Source: Dictyostelium discoideum
Lineage: Eukaryota
DNA length: 64,000 bases
NCBI GenBank assembly: GCA_000004695.1
Contig: CM000151.3
Coordinates: 3,968,001-4,032,000, forward strand
Direction of reading: 5' to 3'
The notes under the pieces are model-generated. The model had not been told where the DNA came from, did no database searches, and saw nothing but the letters and a program-made list of their open reading frames with translations. Positions 1 to 14,535 of this stretch are shown piece after piece. Positions within the stretch are counted from its first letter, which is position 1, and each line of letters begins with the position of its first letter. A program made the translations under genes and the position numbers.

Positions 1-2879
1 GACCCAGATGAAGAACCATTGAATGTTTATTCAATTAGTGGTTTCCTTTCAAAGTCTTTGATATTTTTAATTTCTTTACTTCCATCTCGTTTAGTTGAGA
101 AATTATTATTATTATTTGCTTGGTTACAATATGAACTTTTAAAAGCAAAAGGTAGAAATCTTGGTGGTACTCAACAAAGTTTTTCAAAATTAAAGGTAAA
201 TTATAAATTATAAATTATGTAAAATATTAATTTATTTTATGATTTTTTTTTATTAATATATATTGTTGTTTTTTTTTTTTTATATATATATATATTTAAT
301 AGAAAAAAAGAAAATCACAAAAGAAAAAGAAGAATAAATTATTAACAGCAAGTTTAACACCATCGTCATCGAGTTCAACTGCTGCAATTCTATCATCTAT
401 TCAAACAACTGGTGGACCAATTCCAGTTGCTCATTCAAAATCTTCACCATTGGTTGCGACAAAACACCAAAGAAGATCATCATTATCGACATCGACACCG
501 GGATTAAATTCAATTTTAAAAGCCCATACTAAACCACCCATCTTAGGTGGTAGTAATAGTAATAGTAGTAATAATATCGTTGGTTTAGGTTCTTCATCCA
601 TATCACCATTGAATGGTCATCATGGTACTGGTATTCAACATTTAAATGCTATTAAAGATAAATTAGCTCATCAACAACAAAAGCATTTACAACATAGAAT
701 TCACTTACATCAACAAGCTCAACAACAAGCACAACAACAACAAGCACACCAACCACAACAAGAATTAAAATTATTCCCAACAACTAGTATTCCTGATCAA
801 ATTCCAGTTACCGCCACTGGACAACCATCAACACCAACTATTAAATTAACAAGTGTTGATTCAACACCAGAGTTTGAATCACCAATTTCAACTACAATCA
901 ATGAGAATGATGAAGAAAAATCAACAGAACAACAAGATCATCACCAAGAAGAAGAAGAAGAACAACAACAACAACAACAACAACAACCATTGGCTGATAT
1001 TGATTTCACTAAAATTAACTTTAAACATAGACCATCAATTACTGAATTAGAATCTTCAGATAGTGATACTAGTAATAAGAGTGGTATTACAAATTTAAAA
1101 GTTACTTTCTCTGATAATCTTAATAACCACCTCAACAATAACAACAATAACAATAACAACAACAATGGTAAAATGTTAGATTGGAATACTTATTTAAATC
1201 CAAACGATTATCGTTTAGGTAATCATCAAATGAGTCAAGAGAATTTAATGTTACAACAACATAGTCAACATTTACAAAAACAACAAAAACAATTACAACA
1301 TCATCATAATATGAATCAATCTGATGAGGAGAATTCAAATGAAGATATTCCAACAATGGGTAGACATCGTTCAGATTCAATTTCAGTATTACCATCGTTA
1401 GTAACAAAACCAATTTCTGAAATTCGTAGAGTAAACTCTGAACAAACTTTATTCCAATCGTCAGAGGATACACTTAGATTTGAAGCCAATCAACAAAGTA
1501 AGAAAGAATTTGAAGACTTTTTACGTTCAGTTAAGGATATTAAAGATGTTCATAATTGGTTAAGAAATTTCAGTGGTTCCGCCTCTAAAAAGATTGCCAT
1601 CGTTAAAATCTCTCGTAGAATTTTAGATACTCCATATGGTATTGAAAGTGCTGCCGCCTCTTTATGTTTTATGTACAAGTTTGGTCTATACCCAATTGTA
1701 ATTCATGGTGGTATGAATGATATCTCAAAGTTACCAATTAGTCAAGTGGTTAAAGAACGTAGAATGAGATCTGCCCTCTTGAAAGAAGCAATCAAAAAGA
1801 ATGGTGTAGGTTGTAGTGTTTTGACACCTGATATTTGTGAAATTGAACCATTCATTCAACCAGAGGGCAATGGAAGTGGTGGAGATACTTCATCCGATCT
1901 CTCTGGTGATGAGATTGAGTATGGTCAAAATGATATTCTCCCAAGTGGTGGGTTAAGTATGAAAATCGATTCTTTCGATTACGATATCCTAACTCAAGTT
2001 TTAGATAAAGGTAAAATTCCAGTGTGGGATTCAGTTTGTGAATCGGTCGATGGTGTTGATATCCCTATCAACTCGGATATCACCACTTTTGAATTGGCAA
2101 AACGTATTCAACCTTACAAGATTCTATTCGCTTGCAATGATGGTGGTATTCTAGATAGTGATCATAAGGCCATACCAGTGGTATATATGGATCAAGATTA
2201 TCAAACCTTGATAGAGGCCGACCATACAACCAATCGTCGTAGGGTTCAATTGAAACAAATGAAAAGAATCGTTGATAATTTACCATCATCCACAACGGTT
2301 GTCGTCACTTCCATTGAAAATGTCACACATCAATTGTTGTTCCCTCGTTTAGCCAATGGTACTATCATTAAAAAGTCTGAAGAGAACAAAGTATTAATAT
2401 TTGATAATACAAATTATCAAAACATCGATATGGATAGACTCAAAGAATTGATTGAAAATAGTTTTGGAAAAATGTTATCCACCGATTATTTCGATTACTT
2501 GAAAGATTCCCTCTATAGATTATATCTTTGTGTTTCATCCGATGGTGAATACAATGGTTGTGCAATCGTAACTTTTAAAGAACCAGATTATATTCCTTAT
2601 CTTTGTAAGTTTTGTGTGAAAAAGAGTGCTCAAGGTTTGGGTTTAGGTGATCTCGTTTGGAGAGCTCTTCAAAGAGATAATGAAAAACTCTATTGGAGAT
2701 CAAGAAATAGTAATCCATTAAATCCTTGGTATTTCCAAAGATGTCAAGGTAGCTTTAGAGCTGATGAATCTTTCACTATCTTTTGGTATGGTGATGATAA
2801 ATTTGAAGATGGTAGTTTCTTGGTTGAAACTGCTTTAAGTAAACCAGTTACAATTATTCCAAATCCAACAGTTTCATAA
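1..2879 (+). CDS. N-acetylglutamate synthase-like protein (amino-acid-kinase-like domain plus GNAT acetyltransferase domain), 5'-partial. Exons about 1..195 and 303..2879.
   Basis: The open frame runs from nt 1 and is interrupted by one canonical intron (GTAAAT at 196 to ...TTTAATAG at 302). ORF-track frames 19..213 and 450..2879 join in phase across it. The C-terminal third carries 'IAIVKISRRILDTPYGIESAAASLCFMYKFGLYPIVIHGG' (amino-acid-kinase fold, lacking the KxGG catalytic glycines as in eukaryotic NAGS). Further on lies 'CAIVTFKEPDYIPYLCKFCVKKSAQGLGLGDLVWRALQ' (GNAT acetyl-CoA binding motif Q/RxxGxG/A). The N-terminal half is Q/N-rich low complexity. Confidence 0.5.
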
Positions 2880-3712
2880 TAATAATAAAAAATTAAAAAA
2901 AAATTGAACAAATAATAAAACCAAATAATAAATAATAATAAATAATAGTAATAAAATATGAAATTTAAAAATTTAAATAAAAAAAAAAAAAAAAAAAAAA
3001 TAGGTTTTAATGACTAAATTTTAATAATAAAAATCTCACCCAGATCTTTTTTTCTTTTATAAAGGTTGGAATATAAATATTGAATGAAGTTCCATTTTTT
3101 TTTTTTTTTTTTCCTCAAAACTTTGGAACAAAATAATAATAAGAAATTTTGCCAAAAAAAAAAAACAATTCCAATAGAATTAAGATACTTTGACTACCAT
3201 TAATTATCATTTAATGATAAAGAATATTGAAGTGATCGTATTATAAATTGATGGATGATCATGACAAGTCAATGATGATATTAAAAATAAATAATAAATC
3301 ATAATAAAAAAAAATAATAGAATAATAAATTTTTTTTTTTAAGTTGGGGATTGAAAAATAAAAAAATTTTAAAAAAAAAAAAAAAAATAATTTATTAATT
3401 TTTTAAGTTACAAATTCATACATACCAAAAAAACACCTTTTAAAAAAGTTTAGCCGCCTTTTTTTATTTTTTTTTGGTTCAAATTATTTGAAAATAAAAA
3501 ATAAAAAAAAATTTTTTATTTTTTTTTTTTTAATTTTAAGTTTATTTTTTTATTTTTTTTTTCTCCAAGATTCTTTTTATTAAAATTTATTTTGTAATAA
3601 ACTTAAAAAACACTACCACTATATTTTCCCACGCTGTAAAAACAAAAAAACAAAAAACAAAAAAAATAAAAAGAAAAAAAATCTAAGAATCAAATACAAA
3701 ACTTTAAAAACA

Positions 3713-6843
<3,131 letters not shown>

Positions 6844-6976
6844 ATAAACAAAATAAATAAATAAATAATATATAAAATAAATTAAATAAATAAATAATAT
6901 ATTTGTCAATTCTTTTCTTTTTTTTTTTTTATTTTTTTTTTTATTTTTAAATATATACAATTTTATTTTATTTTTA

Positions 6977-7525
6977 TTAACCTGCTTTAAATAAAAGTAC
7001 AGAATGTTTATTAATGTTAAAATAAATAAAATTTTTAGTTTCGTGTGTTACAAATGAACCAAAACTTTTTCCAACTATACAATGCCATGTTGGTGAATAC
7101 TTTTTATCAAATTCTAAAATAAATATTATTAGTAAATTTATAAATATACTTTAATTACTAAACATGTGTTTTTTTTTTTTTTTTTTTTTTTTTTGATACT
7201 TACCTTTTTTAATAATCATAGCTATATCTCTTTCAATATTTGTTTCTTCAAAAGCTTTAATTGTACATTCTGTTGCATCTTGTTGCATAAAATCTATAAA
7301 AATAAATAAATAAAATGTTAATTATTATGTGTAACAAACATTGTGTAATTTTTTTTTTTTATTTTTTTTTTTATTAAGATTTTTTTTTTTTAAAAACGCG
7401 CGAAATATATATATCTCGTGTGTGTTAATTATTTTATTTATTAAAAAAAAAAATATATGTATATATATAATCTTACCTGGCATATCAGCATTTTTAACAT
7501 TTATTATATATTTATTTGAAGACAT
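6977..7525 (-). CDS. dlcB: Dynein light chain LC8 (DYNLL). Three exons at about 7477..7525, 7204..7293 and 6977..7113 (minus strand).
   Basis: The spliced translation is '[91 protein letters not shown]'. It aligns almost residue-for-residue with canonical LC8 ('[81 protein letters not shown]'). Donors are GTAAGA and GTAAGT; acceptors are TTTTTATAG and TTTTAG. Confidence 0.85.
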
Positions 7526-7880
7526 TTTTTTTTTTTTTTTTTTTTTTCCCCTTTTACTTTTATATTATATAAATATAGAATAATATAAAAAAAAAAAATA
7601 AACAAATAAATTAAAAAAAAAAAAATTAAAAAACTAAAAAAAGTGTGTGGACAAAATGAAAAATGATGAAAATTTTTTTTTTTTTTTTTAAATTTACAAA
7701 TTTTCACATTTTTTTTTTTTTTTTTTTTTTTTTCAATTAATTTATTGGAAAAAAAGATTTTTTTAAAAAAATTTTTCCGATAAAAAAAAGGTTGTAAACG
7801 AACCCCCAGTTAAATAATAACAACAACAATAATAATAAAAATAAACACTATATAATATATATATATATATTTATAAAATA

Positions 7881-8547
7881 ATGAAGAAGGGAATAGCTAA
7901 AATATTTTGTGTTATAGGAATTTCTATATTTTTACACACTGTTTATTCTGCACTTCAACGTATGTTTTTTTTTTTTTTTTTTTTTTCTTCAAAAATCCAC
8001 TTTTTTTTTTTTTCCACTTTTGTTTTATATTTTCCAAATATTAATATTAATTTTTTTTTTTTTTTTTAAAATTAAACAAATAGATAGAAAATATTTAAGA
8101 TTAACAGATCAACCATTCGAGGGTGTTCCTTTTGATGTAAGAGTTAAAATTATAATAATTTAAAAAATAATAATAATAATAATTATTTTTTAAATTAAAA
8201 TCTATTAACACTTTATTATTATTATTATTATTATTTTTAAGATTGTGGTCGAGTGTATTATATCTTTATTTTTATTTGCGTGGGGTATTATAAATTCACA
8301 ATTTTTAATACCAATTAAAGCATCAACTCATTTAGCAAAAAAGTATTTTCATTTATTTTTTTTTATTCCACTCCAATTTATTTTTAATTTTACTTTTTTT
8401 TTTTTAAAAAAAAAAAAATTATTAATATTAATATTATTATAATTAATTTTTATTATTTTTAGGAGTTTCGATTCATATGACTATAGACCAAATTTTACAG
8501 TTTTTAATCATAGAGGAAAATATTTAAATGAAATTTTAAATAAATAG
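7881..8547 (+). CDS. ER membrane protein complex subunit 5 / membrane magnesium transporter (EMC5/MMGT) family. Four exons at about 7881..7959, 8084..8136, 8242..8342 and 8463..8547.
   Basis: The spliced product is '[105 protein letters not shown]' (105 aa). It matches the MMGT1/EMC5 pattern ('[29 protein letters not shown]...FYVFNHRG'). There are two TM helices. Donors are GTATGT/GTAAGA/GTATTT, and the phases close. Confidence 0.8.
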
Positions 8548-8616
8548 GATATTGGTTTTTTTGTAAATAAAATAAAAAAAAAAAAGGTACGATATATATA
8601 AAATATATAAATTTTA

Positions 8617-8667
<51 letters not shown>

Positions 8668-9235
8668 AAATGTGTTGGCTTTTTGTTTTTTTAAAGAGAT
8701 TCTTTTTATATATATTCCAAATTTTTTTTTTTTCCATTTTTTTCCTGTGTATTTGGATGATATATTTTTTAAATTTCTTTTTGATATCTTTTAGAAATAA
8801 CATTTAAAAAAAAGATTTTTTTTTTTTTAAGATTTTTTTATTTTCTAAAAATGGTCAATGCAGGTTAAAGTTTTTTTTTATTTTATTTTATTTTTTTTTT
8901 TAGTTTTTTTTTTATTTTTTTTAAAAAAACTTTTTTTTATTTTTTTCCTTTTTTAATTATTTTCTTTTACAACACTCGTGGTTTAAAAACTTATACACTC
9001 ATAAGTTAAAAAAAATAAAAATAAACTAGATACATTTCTTAATACTCTTTTTTTTTAAACAAAAAAAAAAAAAAAAAACCAAAAATAAAAACAAAAAAAG
9101 AAATAGTATAATAGAAATAAAAAAAAAAAATAAAAAAAATAATAAAAAAAAAATAAATAAATAAATAATAAAAAAATATATTTATAAGAAAAAGGAATTG
9201 TTTTAAAATTAAAAAAAAATAAAAAAAAAAAAAAA

Positions 9236-9869
9236 ATGAAAAAAACATTTGTAAAGATACTATCTAAATCATATGTTGAAGGATATCCAGTTGGTTTTTT
9301 TATTGGATTAATCATTTTGGCAATATTTGGTTCAATGGTATGCATATTTTCATTTATGCATTATAGTGAAGAAGAGAATTCCAATATACAAATGGATTTA
9401 GAGAGATCTTCAAAACAAATCATTCATAATATTCAAATGAATGCAATGTATTTATTATCCTCAATTGATACTTTAAAGGTAAGTCAATACTTTAATATTA
9501 ATAATTTACTACTATATATATGGAAAATTTCATAAATAATATACAGGCTATTATTAATAATTGGAATTTTTTTTTTTTTTTTGAAGGCACTATATTATGT
9601 AAATCCAAATTTCGATAGAAATGATTTTAATGTATTTTTAAATACGACATTAAAGAATTCAGAATTTCAATATTTATTTTGGATAAAAAAGATAAATAAT
9701 AATGATAGGAATTGCTTTGAAGAGAAATTTTCAAAAGAAATTAAAGATACTTTTCAAATTTATTCTTTTGATGAAAATACAAATTCAATTCATGTTGCAA
9801 AAAATAAATCCTCTTATTTTCCAATTTTACATGCTTTTCCAGATATTAATAAAGTAATTATTTTTTTAT

Positions 9870-9910
<41 letters not shown>

Positions 9911-11934
9911 TATTAATTAATATTAATTTTTTTTATTATTAAAGGATATAATTGGATTAGATATTAATTCAACAGATTATATGAATGAAACAATAAAGAA
10001 ATCAATATTTAATAAAAAACCAACAGTACATTTAAATAAAAAAGTATTATTAAGTAAAAGAAATATAGATATTTTAATTGTATCACCAATAATAGTGACA
10101 AAAACATTGGAATCAACAAATGAAACTATGGAAGATATGAGTCATATATCAAGTGGGTTATTCCTAATGGAAAAGAATGTTCAAGCATCAAGAATTGAAG
10201 TTGAGAATGGTAATGATTTCACAATATTTCTTTCGACTACAAATGGTGAAATAGTTTATCAAGAGAATTATTTAAACTTTAAAACCCTCTATCAAGTTCA
10301 TGAATCTGGTCTATTTGAAGATAGATTAAAGTATGAATCAAGTTTAAAGATTGCAGATTGTGTATTAAAATTATGGATTTTTACAACGGAAGAGTATGAA
10401 AATAATTCCAAAACCTACTTACCATTACTTGTATCAATAATATCGGCGGTGATTTTAGTGTTGTTAATAACCTATTCGGTGGATCAAAGAAAACAGAAAT
10501 CTTTGATTGCAAAGATAATGAGAGAAAAGAATAATTTAATCAATAAGATTCTACCATTGGAAGTTTCTGTTAAATTAGAGAATGGTGAAGATGTCGTGGC
10601 GGAGCGTTCAAATAATGCTTGTGTCTTCTTTTTAGATATCGCTGGTTTCACAAGATTCTCTTCAATTCATTCTCCGGAACAAGTTATACAAGTTTTAATT
10701 AAAATTTTCAATTCAATGGATTTACTTTGTGCAAAACATGGTATTGAAAAAATTAAAACCATAGGTGATGCTTATATGGCCACTTGTGGTATCTTTCCGA
10801 AATGTGATGATATTCGTCATAATACTTATAAAATGTTGGGTTTTGCAATGGACGTTTTGGAATTCATACCAAAAGAGATGTCCTTTCATTTGGGTCTACA
10901 GGTTCGTGTAGGCATTCATTGTGGTCCAGTTATATCGGGTGTCATTTCAGGTTATGCAAAGCCACATTTCGATGTTTGGGGTGACACTGTCAATGTCGCC
11001 TCTAGAATGGAGTCTACGGGTATAGCTGGTCAAATCCATGTTTCCGATCGTGTCTATCAATTGGGTAAAGAGGATTTCAATTTCTCTGAACGTTGTGATA
11101 TCATTCATGTCAAAGGTAAAGGTAGAATGAAAACTTGGTATCTCATGGGTAAGAAATCAAGTGATTTCAGTTTGAAAAAGGATTTCTCAAGATCACGTGT
11201 TCAACCATCTCTATTCAATCGTAAACAATCCCATGTTCATTGTATTTATCCTGAATTTCCAAGTGGTCTTCAAGCATTAAACATTGAAAACAATCTAAAC
11301 AATACTGATGCAGGTTGTGAAAATTGTTCAAAAATTTTAAAGAAAACTTATGCTTACTCACCCGATCATTCAACTAGTAACTACTATTATCATGGTGATG
11401 ATAATTCTCCACCACCACCATCACTAAATTCAAATGATCTAATAGATGGTAGTGAATACCATGATGATCCATTTCCAAGTGATTCAAATGTTGGTTATCA
11501 TGATACTTCAAAAGATATTAAAGAAGATGAAAATGAACAAAATGAAACTTTATTATTTAATCAAGAACAATTAAAAAAGAAACAAATTGAAAATATTCAA
11601 AGAGATTTATCATTAAATGATTCAATTGAAGCAATTAAAATTTTAAATAATAATAATAATAATAATATAAATGATAATAATATTAATAATACTAATTTAA
11701 ATAATAATAATAATGATATTAATATAAATAATAGTGATAATGTTAATAATTATGAAAATAATAATAATTTTTCTGATAAAATAGAAAATAATGATGGTGA
11801 TAATAATAATATAAATGATAATAATTATAAATCAACAAATGAAAATAATATAAAATCAAAAACTCTTTTTAAAGATTCAAAATCGCTTATTAATGATATT
11901 AAAATGGCAAAAGAAAATTGTGATAATAATGATG

Positions 11935-11980
<46 letters not shown>

Positions 11981-12011
11981 CGAAAATGTAGAATCAAAAA
12001 AAAATAAATAA
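9236..12011 (+). CDS. acgA: Adenylyl cyclase G-type receptor cyclase: N-terminal signal anchor, extracellular CHASE-like sensor, one TM, cytoplasmic class III nucleotidyl cyclase domain. Three exons at 9236..9478, 9587..9853 and 9945..12011.
   Basis: The exons join in phase: GTAAGT at 9479 to AG at 9586, and GTAATT at 9854 to AG at 9944. This gives 81+89+688 = 858 aa, the length I recall for Dictyostelium ACG. Catalytic domain motifs are 'VFFLDIAGFTRFS', 'KIKTIGDAYMATCGIF', 'VRVGIHCGPVISGVISGYAKPHFDVWGDTVNVASRMESTG' (metal-binding Asp, substrate-binding and transition-state residues all present). The extracellular part has CHASE-like features and lies between the N-terminal TM 'GFFIGLIILAIFGSMVCIFSF' and the TM 'LPLLVSIISAVILVLLITYSV'. 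The C-terminus is an N-rich tail. Confidence 0.8.
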
Positions 12012-12091
12012 ATATGTATATATGTATATAATCTATATTAAATTGTATATACAATAAAATTGTTTTTTTTTTTTTTTTATTAATTGTTTAA

Positions 12092-13225
12092 TTAATGATA
12101 TAAACCAACTATATCTTTAATTATATTTAAATTTTTATTTGCAATTTTATTTGCTTTTTCAGATCCTTGTAATAAAATATCTCTAACTAATTTCGGATTT
12201 GATTGATAATAATTAATTTTTTCACGAATTGGTGATATATTTTTAATGATTGAATTTGAAAGAAATTCTTTAAAGATTGCGTTTGATTTATCTTTAAATT
12301 CAGATTGTAAATCAGTGATTGGTATACCAGAGGTTTCAGATGCAATTGATAATAGATTTGAAATATCAGGACGATTAATTGGATCATAGGTTATACCAAT
12401 GATTGTATCAGTTTTTGATTTTTTAATTTTTAATTTAATTTGATCATCAGTATCTGTTAATGAAATTCTTGAAATCTCTAATGGATCAGATTTACTCATT
12501 TTCAAACGACCATCTTGTAAACTCATAATTCTTTTAGATTGCTCAGAAGTTATAATTGAGGGATATGGAAAGAATTTACTCTTGAAATTACTGTGAAATG
12601 CTTGTGCGATATCTCTGGTGAATTCTAAATGCTGAGTTTGGTCCTCGCCTACTGGTACATGTGTGGCTTTATACAATAAAATATCGGCAGCCATTAAAAC
12701 TGGATATGATAAAAGTCCATTTGAAACTGATGCTTCGTTTGATGATTTAGTTTTCTCTTTAAATTGAATCATATTACTTAGCTTTGAAAATGAGGTAATA
12801 CAATTTAAAATCCAAGTTAACTCTGAATGTGCTGGTACCATTGATTGATTAAATAAAATCACCTTTTCTGGATCAATTCCACATGCTAAATAATTTATTG
12901 CAACTGAAATAGTATTTGATTGTAATTCTTTTGGTGATAATGATTTAGTTGATGTTAATGAATGTAAATCAACAATTGAAAATATTAATTTATGTTTTTC
13001 ATTTATTTTTGTAGATTGTGATGATGATGATGATGATGATGATTCTGATAAATTTAATAATTCCTCTTCTTCTTTATTATTTTTTGTAACTAAATCTTGA
13101 ATTTTTAACCAATTACCCATTGCACCTAAATAATTACCTAAATGTAATGCTGAACTTGTTGGTTGCATACCACTAAATACTGTAACTTTAGTTTTATCTT
13201 TAAAATTAACTTCATCAATTTTCAT
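12092..13225 (-). CDS. Tryptophanyl-tRNA synthetase, bacterial/organellar type (probably mitochondrial).
   Basis: The 377-aa ORF carries 'KVTVFSGMQPTSSALHLGNYLGAM' (HIGH-region variant; compare E. coli TrpRS '[21 protein letters not shown]'), 'VPVGEDQTQHLEFTRDIAQAF' (GxDQxxH) and 'KMSKSDP' (KMSKS). A poly-S/E low-complexity insertion is present. Its 3' end converges on acgA with only about 80 nt between the stop codons. Confidence 0.85.
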   Translation of the reverse strand: MKIDEVNFKDKTKVTVFSGMQPTSSALHLGNYLGAMGNWLKIQDLVTKNNKEEEELLNLSESSSSSSSSQSTKINEKHKLIFSIVDLHSLTSTKSLSPKELQSNTISVAINYLACGIDPEKVILFNQSMVPAHSELTWILNCITSFSKLSNMIQFKEKTKSSNEASVSNGLLSYPVLMAADILLYKATHVPVGEDQTQHLEFTRDIAQAFHSNFKSKFFPYPSIITSEQSKRIMSLQDGRLKMSKSDPLEISRISLTDTDDQIKLKIKKSKTDTIIGITYDPINRPDISNLLSIASETSGIPITDLQSEFKDKSNAIFKEFLSNSIIKNISPIREKINYYQSNPKLVRDILLQGSEKANKIANKNLNIIKDIVGLYH

Positions 13226-13594
13226 AATATTCGGTTTTGTTATAGTTGATGAATTTGTTGTTATTGTTGTTGTTGTTGTTGTTGTTGTATAATTTTTTAT
13301 TGATAATACATTTTTACCAACTCTTTTACATGAGTTATCATATAATAATTTATTCCTTATTTATTTTAATATATCTCTTTTTATTTGAAAATGAAAAATC
13401 CAAAAAAAAAAAAAAAAAAAAAAATGAAAATAAAAATAAAAAACTCGTTGTGATTGTTTTTTTTTTTTTATTTTTTGTTTAAATTAAATTTTTTTTATTT
13501 TTATTTTTTTATTTTTATTTTATTATTATATTTAATATGTTTTTTCAATTTTAATTATAATAATAATAAATTAATAAATTAATAAATAACTTTT

Positions 13595-14107
13595 CTACCA
13601 ATCAGAAGCTTTTTTACATATTTCTTCTTTTTTTTCATTGCAAACACAAGGTGGATTTTGAGGATTAAAAGGTATTTTTGAATGAACTCCATCACAAAAT
13701 GGTGGTCTACCAGTATATCTACAACCACAAAGTAATTGAATAGTTTGTTTCTTTTTTAATTGAAATGGTGTTGGTGTAAATTTTGTACCTATACATGATT
13801 TTTGATCACATAATGGTTGTTGACCTTTTGTTAAACCACAAGTACAATAATAATAGGTTTCACCTGGTTCTAAACCTCTAATTGAGTATGGTCCATATAA
13901 TGGTATCTTATCTGGTACGTATTTACATAATCCACAATCATCACATTGACTACTTTCTTTTTCTTCTTCATTGTTATTGTTGTTATTGTTGTTGTTGTTG
14001 TTGTTGTTATTACCACCACAACAAGTTATTTTTTCTGTTGTTTCGCCTTTATCTTGAATTTCAGTATTATCTTTACATTCTTCCTTTTGTTCTTTTTCCA
14101 TATTCAC
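13595..14107 (-). CDS. CDGSH iron-sulfur domain protein (mitoNEET/CISD3-like) with two CDGSH-type motifs, one of them degenerate.
   Basis: A 170-aa ORF. The canonical motif is 'CGCRYTGRPPFCDGVHSKIP' (C-x-C-x2-T-x3-P-x-C-D-G-x-H). An upstream related copy, 'CTCGLTKGQQPLCDQKSC', has the His ligand replaced. The N-terminus has a poly-N run. Confidence 0.6.
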   Translation of the reverse strand: MNMEKEQKEECKDNTEIQDKGETTEKITCCGGNNNNNNNNNNNNNNEEEKESSQCDDCGLCKYVPDKIPLYGPYSIRGLEPGETYYYCTCGLTKGQQPLCDQKSCIGTKFTPTPFQLKKKQTIQLLCGCRYTGRPPFCDGVHSKIPFNPQNPPCVCNEKKEEICKKASDW

Positions 14108-14535
14108 AAATTTATTTTATTTGTTTTTTTTATTTTATTTTTTTTTATACTGCTTTAAATATGTTTAAAGATAACAATAATAAAATAAAAAAAAATTTGA
14201 AAAAAAAGTGTTAAAAAATTACAAAAAAAAAAATAAAAATAAAAAAATAAAAAATAAAAAAAAGATATTTCCCCAAACGCCATTATAATGTCATATCTGA
14301 TTAAAATGAAATTTAAAAAAAATAAAAAAAATAAAAAAAATAAAAAAAATAAAAAAAATAAAAAAAAAAGGATAAATCAATATTTTAATTAAATATTTGA
14401 TGTATTAATTTTTTTTTTTTTTATTATTATTATTTTATTCTCTCTATCTTTCTCTAACTCTCTCTCTCTCCTTAATCCCTATCTATCAATCTATTATTTC
14501 TATTTTTTTTTTTTTTTTTTTCTTTATCTATCTAT

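Noticed and set aside
853-1473. ORF-track ORFs 853..1050 (+), 941..1165 (-) and 1132..1473 (-), made of poly-K/N/L/C
   Set aside because: They are alternative or antisense frames through the CAA/AAT low-complexity region of the NAGS-like gene. They have no independent start context and consist of repeat-derived residues only.
7341-9345. Poly-F/K/I 'proteins' (7341..7583, 7504..7707, 7881..8069 read-through, 8245..8442, 8504..8803, 9039..9345)
   Set aside because: These are frames through oligo(dA)/(dT) intergenic tracts or through the introns of the EMC5 gene. They have homopolymer composition and are not coding.
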